Shown one piece after another: positions 42,823-53,372 of a stretch of DNA of 64,000 bases. The notes under the pieces were generated by a model. It saw nothing but the letters and a program-made list of their open reading frames with translations. It did no database searches and was not told the DNA's origin. The position numbers were made by a program, and so were the translations under genes. Position 1 is the first letter of the stretch, and each line of letters starts with the position of its first letter. Source of the stretch: an uncultured Actinomycetes bacterium (lineage in GTDB: Bacteria; Actinomycetota; Thermoleophilia; RBG-16-64-13); contig CAWFCL010000004.1 in NCBI GenBank assembly GCA_963814365.1, positions 495,659-559,658 of the forward strand. The letters run 5' to 3'.

Positions 42823-43704
42823 TTGCTTGGAGGGGTGATTCACGCTTTGAACCGTCGAGTGATCATCGGTATCCATGGTCTTGGTAACAAGCCCAAGCGG
42901 AAAGTCCTAGAAGACTGGTGGATGGCGTCCATCGCCGAAGGCCTGGAGCGTCACGGCGGAGGTCGCAAGCTCAAAGTGCGGTTCGAGCTGGTCTACTGGG
43001 CCGACATTCTGCATCCTGAGCCCTTGCGTCCTACCGAGATGGCTGAGCCCTATGTGGCTGCCGGAGGCGAAGGGCCGCTCCCTCGGGCCACCGTCTCCAT
43101 GCGCAAAGTGGCGGCGAGCCGGATGCGAGAGGGGCTGCTCAAGTGCCTGGGCCTGGCCTGCAAAGTGCCGCTGGGGGAGACTTTCGTCCACGACAAGCTC
43201 AAGACCAAGATGCCGGACCTCCACCTCTATCGTACCGATGAGGACCTGCGCAGGGCCGTACAGGCAAGATTATTGAAGCGCCTGCGCTCCGCTCGCAGGT
43301 GGCGTCGGAAGGTGATGCTCATCGCGCATTCGATGGGTTCGATAGTCGCCTACGACGTGCTGAGGGACGCGCAGGTCACTGTCAAGGGCTTGGATATCGA
43401 GCGCTTTGTGACTGTCGGCTCTCCTCTGGGGCTGGCGGAACTGAGGACTGTGGTCCAAGGACCTCTGGGCGTACCCGAGTGCGTGGCGCGTTGGACCAAC
43501 TTCTCCGACCCCAAAGACCCGGTATCGAGCTGGGATGCCTCCATCGCGGGGGACTACAAGCCGAACAGCCGTGGTGTGACGGTGTCGGACCGTCTGGTGG
43601 TCAACGGGTATGTGAGTCCGGCGGGCAAGGCGAACCCGCACAAGATCTACGGCTATCTGCGCACCCCTGAGATATCAGACTCGATAGCCGGCTTCGTGCG
43701 CTAG
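42823..43704 (+). CDS. Alpha/beta-hydrolase-fold protein
   Basis: IHG, IAHSMGS nucleophile elbow, TVGSPLG, DPV, C-terminal His. Start uncertain. Confidence 0.75.
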   Translation: MLGGVIHALNRRVIIGIHGLGNKPKRKVLEDWWMASIAEGLERHGGGRKLKVRFELVYWADILHPEPLRPTEMAEPYVAAGGEGPLPRATVSMRKVAASRMREGLLKCLGLACKVPLGETFVHDKLKTKMPDLHLYRTDEDLRRAVQARLLKRLRSARRWRRKVMLIAHSMGSIVAYDVLRDAQVTVKGLDIERFVTVGSPLGLAELRTVVQGPLGVPECVARWTNFSDPKDPVSSWDASIAGDYKPNSRGVTVSDRLVVNGYVSPAGKANPHKIYGYLRTPEISDSIAGFVR

Positions 43705-43808
43705 CGGAACACTCCTCAAAGCGGCAACCAGACCCTCGCTCCGCTATAATCACGGCCGGTGCGCCTGCGCGACGCGGGCCCTTGCCGACCACCGCCAAGA
43801 GGAGATGC

Positions 43809-44741
43809 ATGGATTCCTACACGGTCGAAGAGAAAGCCATGGTGGAGAAACGCTTCAGCGACTCCGTCGACGGTGTCTACCGCTCGCATCAACCCATCTA
43901 TGGGTATAAGAAGTGGCCTTGTGAGTGGTACTTCACCGGCAGGTACATCCCCACCCTCCGCATCATGAGGGAGTTGGCGCGGATGAAGGTCGATTCGATG
44001 CTAGATGTCGGTGGGGCCGAGGGCTACAAGTCGCACATCGCCAAGGGGCTTTTCGGCATAAGCGTGCACACATCGGATCTGTCCGAGGAGGCCTGCAAGA
44101 GGGCGCAGGAGATATTCGGTGTCCAGGGGACTCCATGCGACATCCACGCGCTGCCCTTTGCAGATGAGCAGTTCGACGTGATCACCTGCAGCGAGACGCT
44201 GGAGCACGTCACCGAACCCAAGCAGGCAATAGACCAGTTGCTGAGGGTCGCGAAGAAGGCAGTGATCATCACTGTGCCGGTGGAGGATCCCGAGCACCTC
44301 GAGGAGCACTACGACAAGAACAATCACATCAACGCCTTTGATGTGGACAGCTTCGACTATCTCAAGGAGCGAGGGCTGACGGTCGTCGCCAAGAAGTACT
44401 TGGACCGCCGCATCCTCCACTACGGCATGTTGCTGGAGAACTCGGCCAAGCTGGAATACACAGAAGAGTGCAAGTGGCCCCGGTTCGTGTACTCCTTGTA
44501 CAACGCCGCATCCAGAATGGCCGGCGGACGGCGCGGAGCTTGGCTGATGGCTCGGCTGGTCGACGCGGACGAACGGGCCAGCCGTTCTACCACCGACTAC
44601 GCGGGCATCATCTGCGTGATTCTCAAAGACCCCGACTGCTACGGGCGCCCGCGGCGTCGGGTGACCGCCAGCCGGATCATGAAGTTCACCGTGCCGCACC
44701 ATCGCCTAGACGCCCAAGCGGCGACGCGGGGCCAAGGATAG
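43809..44741 (+). CDS. Class I SAM-dependent methyltransferase
   Basis: MLDVGGAEG, LPFADEQFDVITCSETLEHV. Confidence 0.85.
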   Translation: MDSYTVEEKAMVEKRFSDSVDGVYRSHQPIYGYKKWPCEWYFTGRYIPTLRIMRELARMKVDSMLDVGGAEGYKSHIAKGLFGISVHTSDLSEEACKRAQEIFGVQGTPCDIHALPFADEQFDVITCSETLEHVTEPKQAIDQLLRVAKKAVIITVPVEDPEHLEEHYDKNNHINAFDVDSFDYLKERGLTVVAKKYLDRRILHYGMLLENSAKLEYTEECKWPRFVYSLYNAASRMAGGRRGAWLMARLVDADERASRSTTDYAGIICVILKDPDCYGRPRRRVTASRIMKFTVPHHRLDAQAATRGQG

Positions 44742-44798
44742 GGGGGAACGTGTCGGTGCTACGGGCAATAGCACAAGGGTCCCAAGTGGCTCCTCAGC

Positions 44799-45696
44799 AT
44801 GGTGGCGATGGGGGCGCGGCGCATGTTCCCCTACTGGCTGAGGCGGCGCCTGATACCGGCGCAGGATTCGGCTTACGGCGATTTGGAACCGATACGTCGA
44901 CCCTGGGTTCGCTCGGCGCATCAGGCGCTACGACCCAGAGACGATGCCAGAGGTCAGCATCATGCTGATCACCTGGAACCGCCTGCGGATGATGCGTGAG
45001 GGTCTGGAATCGCTGCTGGAGAAGACCAAGGACGTCAAGTACGAGGTCATCGCCTGGGACAACGGTTCCACCGATGGCACCGCGGAGTACCTGGACGAGA
45101 TCGCCGCCAAGCATCCCCAGGTACGCGTGATCCATCACCCCGAGAACGTCGGGCTCAACGGTGTCGCGCTCTCGGCCAAGGCCGCCCGGGGCTACTACCT
45201 CATCAAGATGGATGACGACATCATGCGCTATCCGGACGATTGGCTGCCCAAGCTGCTTCATGCGTTCAAGAAGGTGCCAGAGATCGGATATATGGCCTGC
45301 AACGTGGTGCAGGATGAACTCACCAATGGAGAGAAGGAGCCCCCTGAAGCCTACACCGTGGTGGATCATGACGGCATCATCCTGGAACACGGCCCCACTT
45401 GGGGCTGGTGCACCATGACCTCACTGGATGTCTTGAGCCGGGTAGGCAACTTCCCGCGGCGCCGCGGGCGCAAGTGGTACGGCGAGGATCGCGAGTACCT
45501 GCGCCGTTGTGTGCGGGCCGGTTATACGCCGGCCATACTCCAAGAAGTGGTGGTCTACCACGCCTCTGGTCCGGCCAAGAACGAGGAGTTCGGGTACCTG
45601 CAGGAGTGCATCAACAAGTATGAAGAAGCGGCCTACGCACCTCACAAGCAGCAGCGGATGAAGGAATACTTCGAGAAGCGGGAAGTGACGAAGTAG
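44799..45696 (+). CDS. GT2 glycosyltransferase paralog 1 (5' frameshift at ~44868)
   Basis: VSIMLITWNR, WDNGSTDGT, KMDDD. The leader homologous to the other paralogs is split over two frames. True start uncertain. Confidence 0.8.
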
Positions 45697-46622
45697 TGAA
45701 AGGTCCGGCTTCCAAGGCTGTGGTCGGTCTGCGGAACATGCTCCCGGTGCAGCTCAGAGCTCGGTTGCGTCCTCTCAACGACGGTTGGCTGGCGCTGTGG
45801 CATCGCTATGTGGACCCCGGGTTCGCCGGGCGCATCAAGAGATACGACCCGGCGACGATGCCGGAGGTGAGCATCGTCCTGGTGACCTGGAATCGCGTGC
45901 GGATGTTGCGAGAGGGTCTAGCGTCGCTCTTGGCGACTGCGCATGGTGACGACTATGAGGTCATCGTCTGGAACAACGGCTCCGACGACGGAACCAAAGA
46001 GTACCTAGACGAGATCGCGGCGGATCACCCCCAGGTGCGTGTGGTCCACCATCCCAAGAACGTGGGGCTCAACGCGGTCGCACTTGGAATCAAGCTGGCC
46101 CGCGGCTACTACATCGTAGAGCTAGACGATGACGTGGTGCGCTTCCCCGACGACTGGTTGGCCAAGTTGCTGCATGCGTTCAAGAAGGTGCCGCAGATAG
46201 GCTACATGGCAGCCAATGTGGTCCAGGATGAGTTCACCAACGGCGAGAAGGACGTGCCCGAATCGTACGCCGTCGTAGATCACGATGGCATCGTCTTGGA
46301 GCACGGTGTCACATGGGGTTGGTGCACCATGACCTCACTGGATGTCTTGAGCCGGGTAGGCAACTTCCCGCGGCGCCGCGGGAAGCGCTTCTTTACCGAA
46401 GACGCAGATTACGTCCGTCGCTGCGTGAGGGCTGAGTACACGCCGGCCATCCTGCAGGAGGTCGTGGTCTATCACGCCTCTGGAGCGGCCATGAACGACA
46501 AGTATGGCTATCTGGCTCCGTGCCTGGAGAAGTGCGAAGAGATCCCCGAAGCCACCAGGAAACTCGAGGCAGTCAGAGCCTACGCCCGGAAGGTGAAGAT
46601 GCGCGACACTGAGAAGGAGTAA
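45696..46622 (+). CDS. GT2 glycosyltransferase paralog 2
   Basis: VSIVLVTWNR, NNGSDDGT, ELDDD, EDADY. Confidence 0.88.
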   Translation: MKGPASKAVVGLRNMLPVQLRARLRPLNDGWLALWHRYVDPGFAGRIKRYDPATMPEVSIVLVTWNRVRMLREGLASLLATAHGDDYEVIVWNNGSDDGTKEYLDEIAADHPQVRVVHHPKNVGLNAVALGIKLARGYYIVELDDDVVRFPDDWLAKLLHAFKKVPQIGYMAANVVQDEFTNGEKDVPESYAVVDHDGIVLEHGVTWGWCTMTSLDVLSRVGNFPRRRGKRFFTEDADYVRRCVRAEYTPAILQEVVVYHASGAAMNDKYGYLAPCLEKCEEIPEATRKLEAVRAYARKVKMRDTEKE

Positions 46623-46624
46623 GG

Positions 46625-47536
46625 GTGCGCAAGCTTCTGGTCAAACTGCGAAGGTTGGTGCCGGCGTCACTGAAGCGCCCGCTGCGTCCCGCAAGAGACC
46701 GGCTGGTCGCCTTGTGGCACCGTCACGTGCACCCCGGTTTCGCGCGGCGGATCAAGCGCTACGATCCAGAGACGATGCCGGAGGTCAGCATCTGCCTGAT
46801 CACGTGGAATCGTCTGCGCATGCTGCGAGAAGGCCTTGAATCGCTCTTGGCGACTGCGCACGGTGACGACTATGAGGTCATCGTCTGGAACAACGGCTCC
46901 GACGACGGAACCAAGGAATACCTGGACGAGATCGCCGCAAAACATCCCCAGGTGCGGCCTATCCACAATCCGGAGAACGTGGGACTGAACGCAGTCGCGC
47001 TCTCGGTCGCTCTGGCCCGCGGCTACTACATCGTAGAGCTAGACGACGATGTGGTGCGCTTCCCTGACGACTGGCTGGCCAAGATGCTGCGAGCTTTCAA
47101 GAAGGTACCTCAGATAGGGTACGTAGTCGCCAACGTCGTCCAGGACGAGTCCACCACCGGGGAGAAGGACATCCCCGAGGCCTATCAGATCGTCGACTAC
47201 GACGGCACGATCATGGAGCATGGACCAGCATGGGGTTGGTGCAGCATGACGTCGTTGGACGTACTCAGCCGGATCGGCAACTTCCCGCGGCGTCGTGGGA
47301 GGCTGAACTTCACCGAGGACGAGGACTACGTACGCCGCTGCATAGCGGCCGGGTATACGCCGGCCATCCTGCAGGAGGTCGTGGTCTATCACGCCTCAGG
47401 AGCGGCCATGAACGACAAGTATGGCTACCTGGAGAGTTGTCTCAAGAAGTACGAGGAGACTGCTGAGATCACCAAGAAGCTGCAGGTGGCCCGGGAGTAT
47501 GTGCAGAAGCGCAGCGGCGGAGAGGCGGATGCGTAA
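46625..47536 (+). CDS. GT2 glycosyltransferase paralog 3
   Basis: Same motifs as paralog 2. Confidence 0.88.
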   Translation: MRKLLVKLRRLVPASLKRPLRPARDRLVALWHRHVHPGFARRIKRYDPETMPEVSICLITWNRLRMLREGLESLLATAHGDDYEVIVWNNGSDDGTKEYLDEIAAKHPQVRPIHNPENVGLNAVALSVALARGYYIVELDDDVVRFPDDWLAKMLRAFKKVPQIGYVVANVVQDESTTGEKDIPEAYQIVDYDGTIMEHGPAWGWCSMTSLDVLSRIGNFPRRRGRLNFTEDEDYVRRCIAAGYTPAILQEVVVYHASGAAMNDKYGYLESCLKKYEETAEITKKLQVAREYVQKRSGGEADA

Positions 47537-48467
47537 GGCCGTGGCCAAGCTGCGCATGCTGGTGCCGGCGCCGCTGAAGCAGCCGCTGCGCCCGCTCCGG
47601 GATTGGGTGGTGGCGCGGTGGCACAGTCACGTGGACCCCGGTTTCTCGAGGCGCCTGAAGCGCTACGACCCGGAGTCGGCGCCCTTGGTCAGCCTTGTGG
47701 TCATCACCTACAACCGGGTGCGGATGCTAAAGGAGTGCATGCGTTCGCTGCTGGAGAAGACTCAAGGCGACGAGATAGAGATCATAGTGTGGGACAACGC
47801 CTCCACCGACGGCACGGGCGAGTACTTGGACGAGTTGTCCGCTGCCCATCCTTACATGCGGGTGGTGCACAGCCCCCAGAACGTCGGCCTAAACGGGGTG
47901 GCCCGCTCGGTGAAGCTGGCTCGCGGGTACTACATAGTCGAACTGGACGACGATGTGATCAGCTTCCCGGATGACTGGCTGCCCGACATGCTGAGCGCCT
48001 TCAAGACCGTGCCTCGTGCCGGCTATCTGGCCGCCAATGTGGTGCAGGACGAGATCACCAACGGCAACAAGCCGGTCGGACCCGAGCACTACGAGGCCGT
48101 GGACCACGATGGCGTGGTGGTCGAGTATCAGGCCACCATCGAGGCGTGCACCGGGGGCTGGTGCACCATGACCTCGTTGGAGGTCCTGAATCGTGTCGGC
48201 AACTTCCCGCAGCGCCGCGGACGCGTCTTCTTCAGCGAGGACGGAGACTACGGCCGTCGTTGTCGCAAGGCCGGTTTTGCGGTGGGCATACTCAGGGATC
48301 TGGTCGTCTACCATGCCTGCGGTCCCGCGGCCAACGACCGCTTCGGATGCTTGGATGTGTGCCTTGACAAGTACTCAGACGGTCCCGAGTACAAGCATGC
48401 TCAGTCCGGGCTCAAGGACTACACCGAAGGGCGTGACCCCACGGGGCAGCGACACAAGCTGCGTTAG
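47529..48467 (+). CDS. GT2 glycosyltransferase paralog 4
   Basis: VSLVVITYNR, WDNASTDGT, ELDDD. The ATG at 47529 overlaps the upstream gene end. Confidence 0.88.
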   Translation: MRKAVAKLRMLVPAPLKQPLRPLRDWVVARWHSHVDPGFSRRLKRYDPESAPLVSLVVITYNRVRMLKECMRSLLEKTQGDEIEIIVWDNASTDGTGEYLDELSAAHPYMRVVHSPQNVGLNGVARSVKLARGYYIVELDDDVISFPDDWLPDMLSAFKTVPRAGYLAANVVQDEITNGNKPVGPEHYEAVDHDGVVVEYQATIEACTGGWCTMTSLEVLNRVGNFPQRRGRVFFSEDGDYGRRCRKAGFAVGILRDLVVYHACGPAANDRFGCLDVCLDKYSDGPEYKHAQSGLKDYTEGRDPTGQRHKLR

Positions 48468-48509
48468 GCCATACCCCACGGGCTTGCGGCCTGGTATCGT
48501 GCAACTACT

Positions 48510-50165
48510 ATGCCCGTCAGCGTAAGACAGATTCTCGAGTTGGACGTGCTGAAGCAGGCACAGCTGCTGGCTGGCGGCGAGGCTGCGCTCGACCGCAAGG
48601 TCACCTCGGTCACCGTGGGCGAGGTCCCGGACATCGCCGAATGGCTGTCCGGGGGCGAGATGGTCCTTACCACGCTCTATGCGGTCAAGGGTGACTTGGA
48701 CAAACAGAGGGAGTTCTGCGAGACGGTCATGATGGCCGACGCGGCCGCTCTGTTCATCAAGACCACCCGCTTCGTGGAACAGTTGCCCGATGACGTAATA
48801 GAGCTGGCCGACAAGCGGAAGTTCCCCATCGTCGTGGTCCCCCAAGATCTGCGGTGGACACGGTTGATGCAGGACGCCACCGAGCTCATCATCAATCGTC
48901 ACGCGTCGCTGCTGGAACGGGCGCGTTCCATCCACAGGGGTCTGCTTGGCGTGGTCATCAAGGGCGGCACCTGGCAGGAGTTGATCGATGAGGTCACCAG
49001 GCTCTTGGAACGGAGGGTGGTCGTCATGGACAGCTCACTCGAGGTGCTGGGGTCGTCCAGAGACCTGCCCATCTCGGTGGCCGATTTCAAGGCCTACCTG
49101 GACCGGCCTGCCATGCGCGAGTCGTTCATCCACATGGGGGAAGCGGAGAAACTGTTCCGGTTCAGGGGGGAGGGGCTTCCCTCCATCTTCGCGTTGCCTA
49201 TCGTCGCCAGCCATTCGCGGCTGGGCTACGTGTGCATCTTCACCGAGGCGGAGGACTTGCCCAACAACGACGTCCTCGTCTTGGAGAACGCAGCCACCAT
49301 CGCCGCGCTACAGATGGCTCAAGACAGAGTCCGCTTTGAGACAGAGGTGCGCCTGAAGGGCGACTTCGTGGATGACGTGGTCAACGGCGAGGGCAGGGAC
49401 GGTGACTCACTGGTCCGCCGCGGGGCTTTTCTTGGGTGCGACCTCAGTCATGGCGCTACGGTGCTCCTGTTGGGGGTCGATGAGTTCGATGGGCTGATGA
49501 CCCGCAGAGACAAGGGGCACGAGGATCTGGAGCTTCGAGTGGAGCGGTTCTTCAGTAGATGCTCGCGCCACGTCTCTTCGACTGAGCCGTTGTCGCTAAC
49601 GAGTCTCAAGTCAGGCCGAGTGGTTGTCTTTGTGTGCGGCGCCAGTGCACAGGATGCGAACGCTCTCAAGAAGCTGGCCGGAGCATTACAGAACATAGGG
49701 AAGACGGTCGCCGACCTCAGCGTCTCCGTGGGCATCGGCGGTTTCACCCCCGCGGCCGGTCATATGGCCCGTGGGTATCAGGAAGCATTGGTGGCTCTGA
49801 ACGTGGGTCGCAGGCTGCAGGGCTTGGGCAGCATGCTCAGCTTTGACGACGTGGGCACGTACCGTCTCCTGCTGGATACTTGGGAGCGGGACCCCGAGGC
49901 GATCCGCACCCTCTACGAGGATACTATCGGGCTGGTGGACCGCTACGACAAGACGAGTAACACTCAGTTGGTCGAAACACTTGTGGTGTTCTTCAGAAAC
50001 AACGAGAACCTCACCCAGACGGCCGCCGAACTGTTCGCCCATCGCCACACCATCCGCTACCGTTTGGAGAAGATAGCCGAGATCACCGGCTTGAGCGTGT
50101 TCCAGACCGAACACAAGGAGCGCTTGGGACTCGGCCTGAAGGCGCGCAGCCTACTTCTCAGCTAG
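48510..50165 (+). CDS. PucR/CdaR-family transcriptional regulator
   Basis: N-terminal PucR domain (LLAG...EVPDIAEWLSGGEMVLTT) and C-terminal HTH (NLTQTAAELFAHRHTIRYRLEKIAEITG). Confidence 0.92.
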   Translation: MPVSVRQILELDVLKQAQLLAGGEAALDRKVTSVTVGEVPDIAEWLSGGEMVLTTLYAVKGDLDKQREFCETVMMADAAALFIKTTRFVEQLPDDVIELADKRKFPIVVVPQDLRWTRLMQDATELIINRHASLLERARSIHRGLLGVVIKGGTWQELIDEVTRLLERRVVVMDSSLEVLGSSRDLPISVADFKAYLDRPAMRESFIHMGEAEKLFRFRGEGLPSIFALPIVASHSRLGYVCIFTEAEDLPNNDVLVLENAATIAALQMAQDRVRFETEVRLKGDFVDDVVNGEGRDGDSLVRRGAFLGCDLSHGATVLLLGVDEFDGLMTRRDKGHEDLELRVERFFSRCSRHVSSTEPLSLTSLKSGRVVVFVCGASAQDANALKKLAGALQNIGKTVADLSVSVGIGGFTPAAGHMARGYQEALVALNVGRRLQGLGSMLSFDDVGTYRLLLDTWERDPEAIRTLYEDTIGLVDRYDKTSNTQLVETLVVFFRNNENLTQTAAELFAHRHTIRYRLEKIAEITGLSVFQTEHKERLGLGLKARSLLLS

Positions 50166-50203
50166 TTCAAGAGTGCCCCGGCGGGCCGATTTCCGCGAAT
50201 GCG

Positions 50204-50249
50204 TGTCCAAATGGATAAACGAGGCATCTGCGATATGTACAGGTGTACA
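50204..50249. promoter_or_regulatory. Paired palindromic boxes upstream of amtB1
   Basis: TGTCCA-aa-TGGATA (50204) and TGTACA-gg-TGTACA (50236), 32 bp apart. Confidence 0.7.
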
Positions 50250-50331
50250 TTACCTTCCTTGACAAGCCAGGGTGTAATAAGAGCGTCGTAACGCGCGCTT
50301 GAGCGTGCGTACCTAAGAAAGGAGGGTGCAG

Positions 50332-51558
50332 GTGGAGATCAACAGTGGCGACACCGCCTGGATACTCGTCAGTACGGCTTTGGTCATGCTGATGACTCCA
50401 GGTCTCGCCTTCTTCTACGGCGGCCTGGTCCGTCGCAAAAACGTCCTCTCCATCATGATGCAATGCTTCATGCTGCTGGGGGTCATCAGCATCCAATGGG
50501 TGCTGTTCGGCTACAGCCTGGCCTTCGGGCCGGACCACGGAGGCGTGATCGGCGACTTCAGCATGGCGGCTCTGAACGGAGTAGGGCTGGAGGCGGTGAG
50601 CGAGACGGTGCAGATACCGCACATGCTGTTCATGATCTTTCAGATGATGTTCGCGGTCATAACGCCGGCTCTTATCATCGGGGCCTTCGCTGAGCGGATG
50701 AAGTTCAGCGCGTTCCTGGTCTTCTCGATCCTGTGGGCGACGCTGGTCTACGATCCCATGGCTCATTGGGTATGGGGAGGCGGCTGGCTGCAAGACTTCG
50801 GTGCTCTTGACTTCGCCGGCGGTACCGTTGTGCACATCAATGCTGGTATGGCCGCTCTGGCCGCTGCCTTGGTCTTGGGTCGACGGAAGGGATACCCGGA
50901 CACCGGTCCCCCTCACAACCTGCCTTTCGCCATACTGGGCGCGGCCCTGCTGTGGTTTGGCTGGTTCGGGTTCAACGCGGGCAGTGCTCTGGGCGCGAAC
51001 GGCTTGGCCGCCTCGGCCTTCGTCACCACCAATCTGGGAGCGGCAGCTGCCGCCGTGGCTTGGGCGGTGCTCGAATGGATACTACGCAAGAAGCCCACCG
51101 CTCTGGGCATCATCTCTGGTGCTGTAGCCGGTCTGGTGGCGATAACCCCGGCTGCCGGTTTCGTCGGACCGATGGGAGCTATGGGCATCGGTGCCATAGC
51201 GAGCATCGTCTGCTACGTCGCAGTGGTGGTGGTCAAGAACAAGCTCGGGTACGACGACTCGCTTGACGCTTTCGGAGTCCACGGCGTCGGTGGCATGGTA
51301 GGAGCGCTCTTGACTGGTGTCTGGGCCACTTCTGCGCTGTCGCCCGATGGAGTGGGCGGTGTGTTCGCGGGTAGTGGCATCCTGTTGGTCAAGCAGTTGG
51401 CCGCCGTAGCCGCCTGTGCGGCCTTCTCGTTCGTGGTCTCTTGGGTGCTACTCAAGGTCATTGACAAGACCATGGGTCTGCGCGTGGCCGAGGATCAGGA
51501 GAACATCGGACTCGACCTCACGCAGCACAGAGAATCCGCCTACACCATAGTCGGCTAG
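50332..51558 (+). CDS. amtB: Ammonium transporter (copy 1)
   Basis: LMTPGLAFFYGG, DFAGGTVVHINAG, WFGWFGFNAGS, DDSLDAFGVHG. GTG at 50332 is 6 nt after AAGGAGG. Confidence 0.97.
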   Translation: MEINSGDTAWILVSTALVMLMTPGLAFFYGGLVRRKNVLSIMMQCFMLLGVISIQWVLFGYSLAFGPDHGGVIGDFSMAALNGVGLEAVSETVQIPHMLFMIFQMMFAVITPALIIGAFAERMKFSAFLVFSILWATLVYDPMAHWVWGGGWLQDFGALDFAGGTVVHINAGMAALAAALVLGRRKGYPDTGPPHNLPFAILGAALLWFGWFGFNAGSALGANGLAASAFVTTNLGAAAAAVAWAVLEWILRKKPTALGIISGAVAGLVAITPAAGFVGPMGAMGIGAIASIVCYVAVVVVKNKLGYDDSLDAFGVHGVGGMVGALLTGVWATSALSPDGVGGVFAGSGILLVKQLAAVAACAAFSFVVSWVLLKVIDKTMGLRVAEDQENIGLDLTQHRESAYTIVG

Positions 51559-51577
51559 GTCGGAAAGGAGATAGGTC

Positions 51578-51919
51578 ATGAAATACGTCATAGCCATCAT
51601 CCAGCCCGACCGCCTCGACGAGGTGATGGTCGAGTTGGAGCAGAAGGAGATCAACCTGATAACCGTGTCTGACGTCATGGGTCGCGGTCGGCAGAAGGGC
51701 GTCGCCGAGGTCTATCGGAGCCACGTGGATAGAGGCGGTCTGTTGCGAAAGACCAAGATCGAGATAGCGGTCAACGACGAATATCTGAAGCCCACCGTCG
51801 AGGCCATCACCAAGGGTGCTCGCACCGACAATATAGGTGACGGCAAGATCTTTGTGTTCGACATGGAGGAGTGCGTGCGTATACGCACCGGAGAGACGGG
51901 CAATGTCGCTATAGGCTGA
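51578..51919 (+). CDS. glnK: PII nitrogen regulatory protein (copy 1)
   Basis: GRGRQKG, IGDGKIFV, RIRTGE. Adjacent to amtB. Confidence 0.95.
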   Translation: MKYVIAIIQPDRLDEVMVELEQKEINLITVSDVMGRGRQKGVAEVYRSHVDRGGLLRKTKIEIAVNDEYLKPTVEAITKGARTDNIGDGKIFVFDMEECVRIRTGETGNVAIG

Positions 51920-51947
51920 GTCTAGATCCGGCTACAGGAACAAGCGA

Positions 51948-51983
51948 GCTGAGGCCCCGGCGACATGTCGCCGGGGCCTCAGC
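51948..51983. terminator. Perfect 36-bp palindrome after glnK1 (terminator-like hairpin)
   Basis: GCTGAGGCCCCGGCGACA|TGTCGCCGGGGCCTCAGC. Confidence 0.65.
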
Positions 51984-51992
51984 CATTGTCCA

Positions 51993-52038
51993 GGGCCGTA
52001 TGGCCAATCTCAACACGCCATGCTTGTCCGTATGGCGA
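51993..52038. promoter_or_regulatory. Paired palindromic boxes upstream of amtB2
   Basis: GGGCCG-ta-TGGCCA (51993) and TGTCCG-ta-TGGCGA (52025), 32 bp apart. Confidence 0.6.
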
Positions 52039-52120
52039 TATCCGTCTGCCGCTAGCTGTCGTGAAATGGAAGTCTTAGTTATCGCGACACGACAGGCTTG
52101 GTCCCGAAGGGAGGTTCGAA

Positions 52121-53353
52121 GTGGCAGAGATCAACGGTGCCGATACCGCTTGGATGATAGTCAGCACGGCCCTGGTGATGCTTATGACTCCGGGCCTCGC
52201 CTTCTTCTACGGCGGCCTGGTCCGTCGCAAGAACATCCTATCTATCATGATGCAATGCTTCATGCTGCTGGGGGTCATCAGCATCCAATGGGTGCTGTTC
52301 GGCTACAGCCTGGCCTTTGGGCCAGACCACGGAGGCGTGATCGGCGACTTCAGCATGGTGGCTCTGAACGGAGTGGGCGTGGAGCCGAGCGCGGACTACG
52401 CAACCACCATCCCTCACATACTGTTTGTCATGTTCCAGATGATGTTCGCGGTAATAACGCCGGCCCTTATCATCGGGGCCTTTGCCGAACGCATGAAGTT
52501 CAGCGCGTTCCTCGTCTTCTCCGTCCTGTGGGCGACGCTGGTCTACGACCCCATGGCTCATTGGGTGTGGGGAGGAGGCTGGCTGCAAGACTTTGGCGTT
52601 CTGGACTTCGCGGGTGGCATCGTGGTGCATATCAACGCGGGCATGGCCGCTCTGGCTGCAGTGCTCGTGATCGGCAAGCGGAAGGGCTACCCGGACACCG
52701 GTCCACCTCACAATCTGCCTTTGGCGATCCTTGGGGCCGGTCTTCTGTGGTTCGGGTGGTTCGGTTTCAATGGGGGCAGCGCTCTGGCTGCCAACGGCCT
52801 GGCTGCCTCCGCCTTGATGGCGACTCATCTTGGTGGTGCGGCGGCGGCGGTGACTTGGGCCGTCCTTGAATGGATACTGCGCAAACGTCCCACGGCCCTT
52901 GGCATCATCTCCGGCGCTATTGCCGGTCTGGCAGCGGTCACGCCGGCAGCGGGATTCATCGGACCGATGGGGGCCATGGGGGTCGGTGCCCTGTCGACCG
53001 TCATCTGCTACCTGGCTGTGATCGTGGTCAAGAACAAACTAGGATACGACGACTCTCTCGACGCGTTCGGGGTGCACGGTGTCGGAGGAGTGGCCGGAGT
53101 ATTGCTCACCGGCTTTTGGGCCGTGGCGGCGCTTACACCCAGCGGTGTAGGCGGTGTGTTCGCGGGCAGTGGAGTCCTGCTGGTCAAGCAACTGGCTGCC
53201 GTAGCTGCTTGTGCAGCCTTCTCGTTCGTGGTCTCGTGGGTACTGCTCAAGGTCATCGACAAGACCATGGGTCTGCGTGTGGCCGAAGACCATGAGAACA
53301 TCGGACTCGACCTCACACAGCACAGGGAGTCCGCCTACACCATAGTCGGCTAG
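52121..53353 (+). CDS. amtB: Ammonium transporter (copy 2)
   Basis: Same motifs as copy 1; close paralog. Confidence 0.97.
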   Translation: MAEINGADTAWMIVSTALVMLMTPGLAFFYGGLVRRKNILSIMMQCFMLLGVISIQWVLFGYSLAFGPDHGGVIGDFSMVALNGVGVEPSADYATTIPHILFVMFQMMFAVITPALIIGAFAERMKFSAFLVFSVLWATLVYDPMAHWVWGGGWLQDFGVLDFAGGIVVHINAGMAALAAVLVIGKRKGYPDTGPPHNLPLAILGAGLLWFGWFGFNGGSALAANGLAASALMATHLGGAAAAVTWAVLEWILRKRPTALGIISGAIAGLAAVTPAAGFIGPMGAMGVGALSTVICYLAVIVVKNKLGYDDSLDAFGVHGVGGVAGVLLTGFWAVAALTPSGVGGVFAGSGVLLVKQLAAVAACAAFSFVVSWVLLKVIDKTMGLRVAEDHENIGLDLTQHRESAYTIVG

Positions 53354-53372
53354 GTGGGAGAGGAGACAGGTC

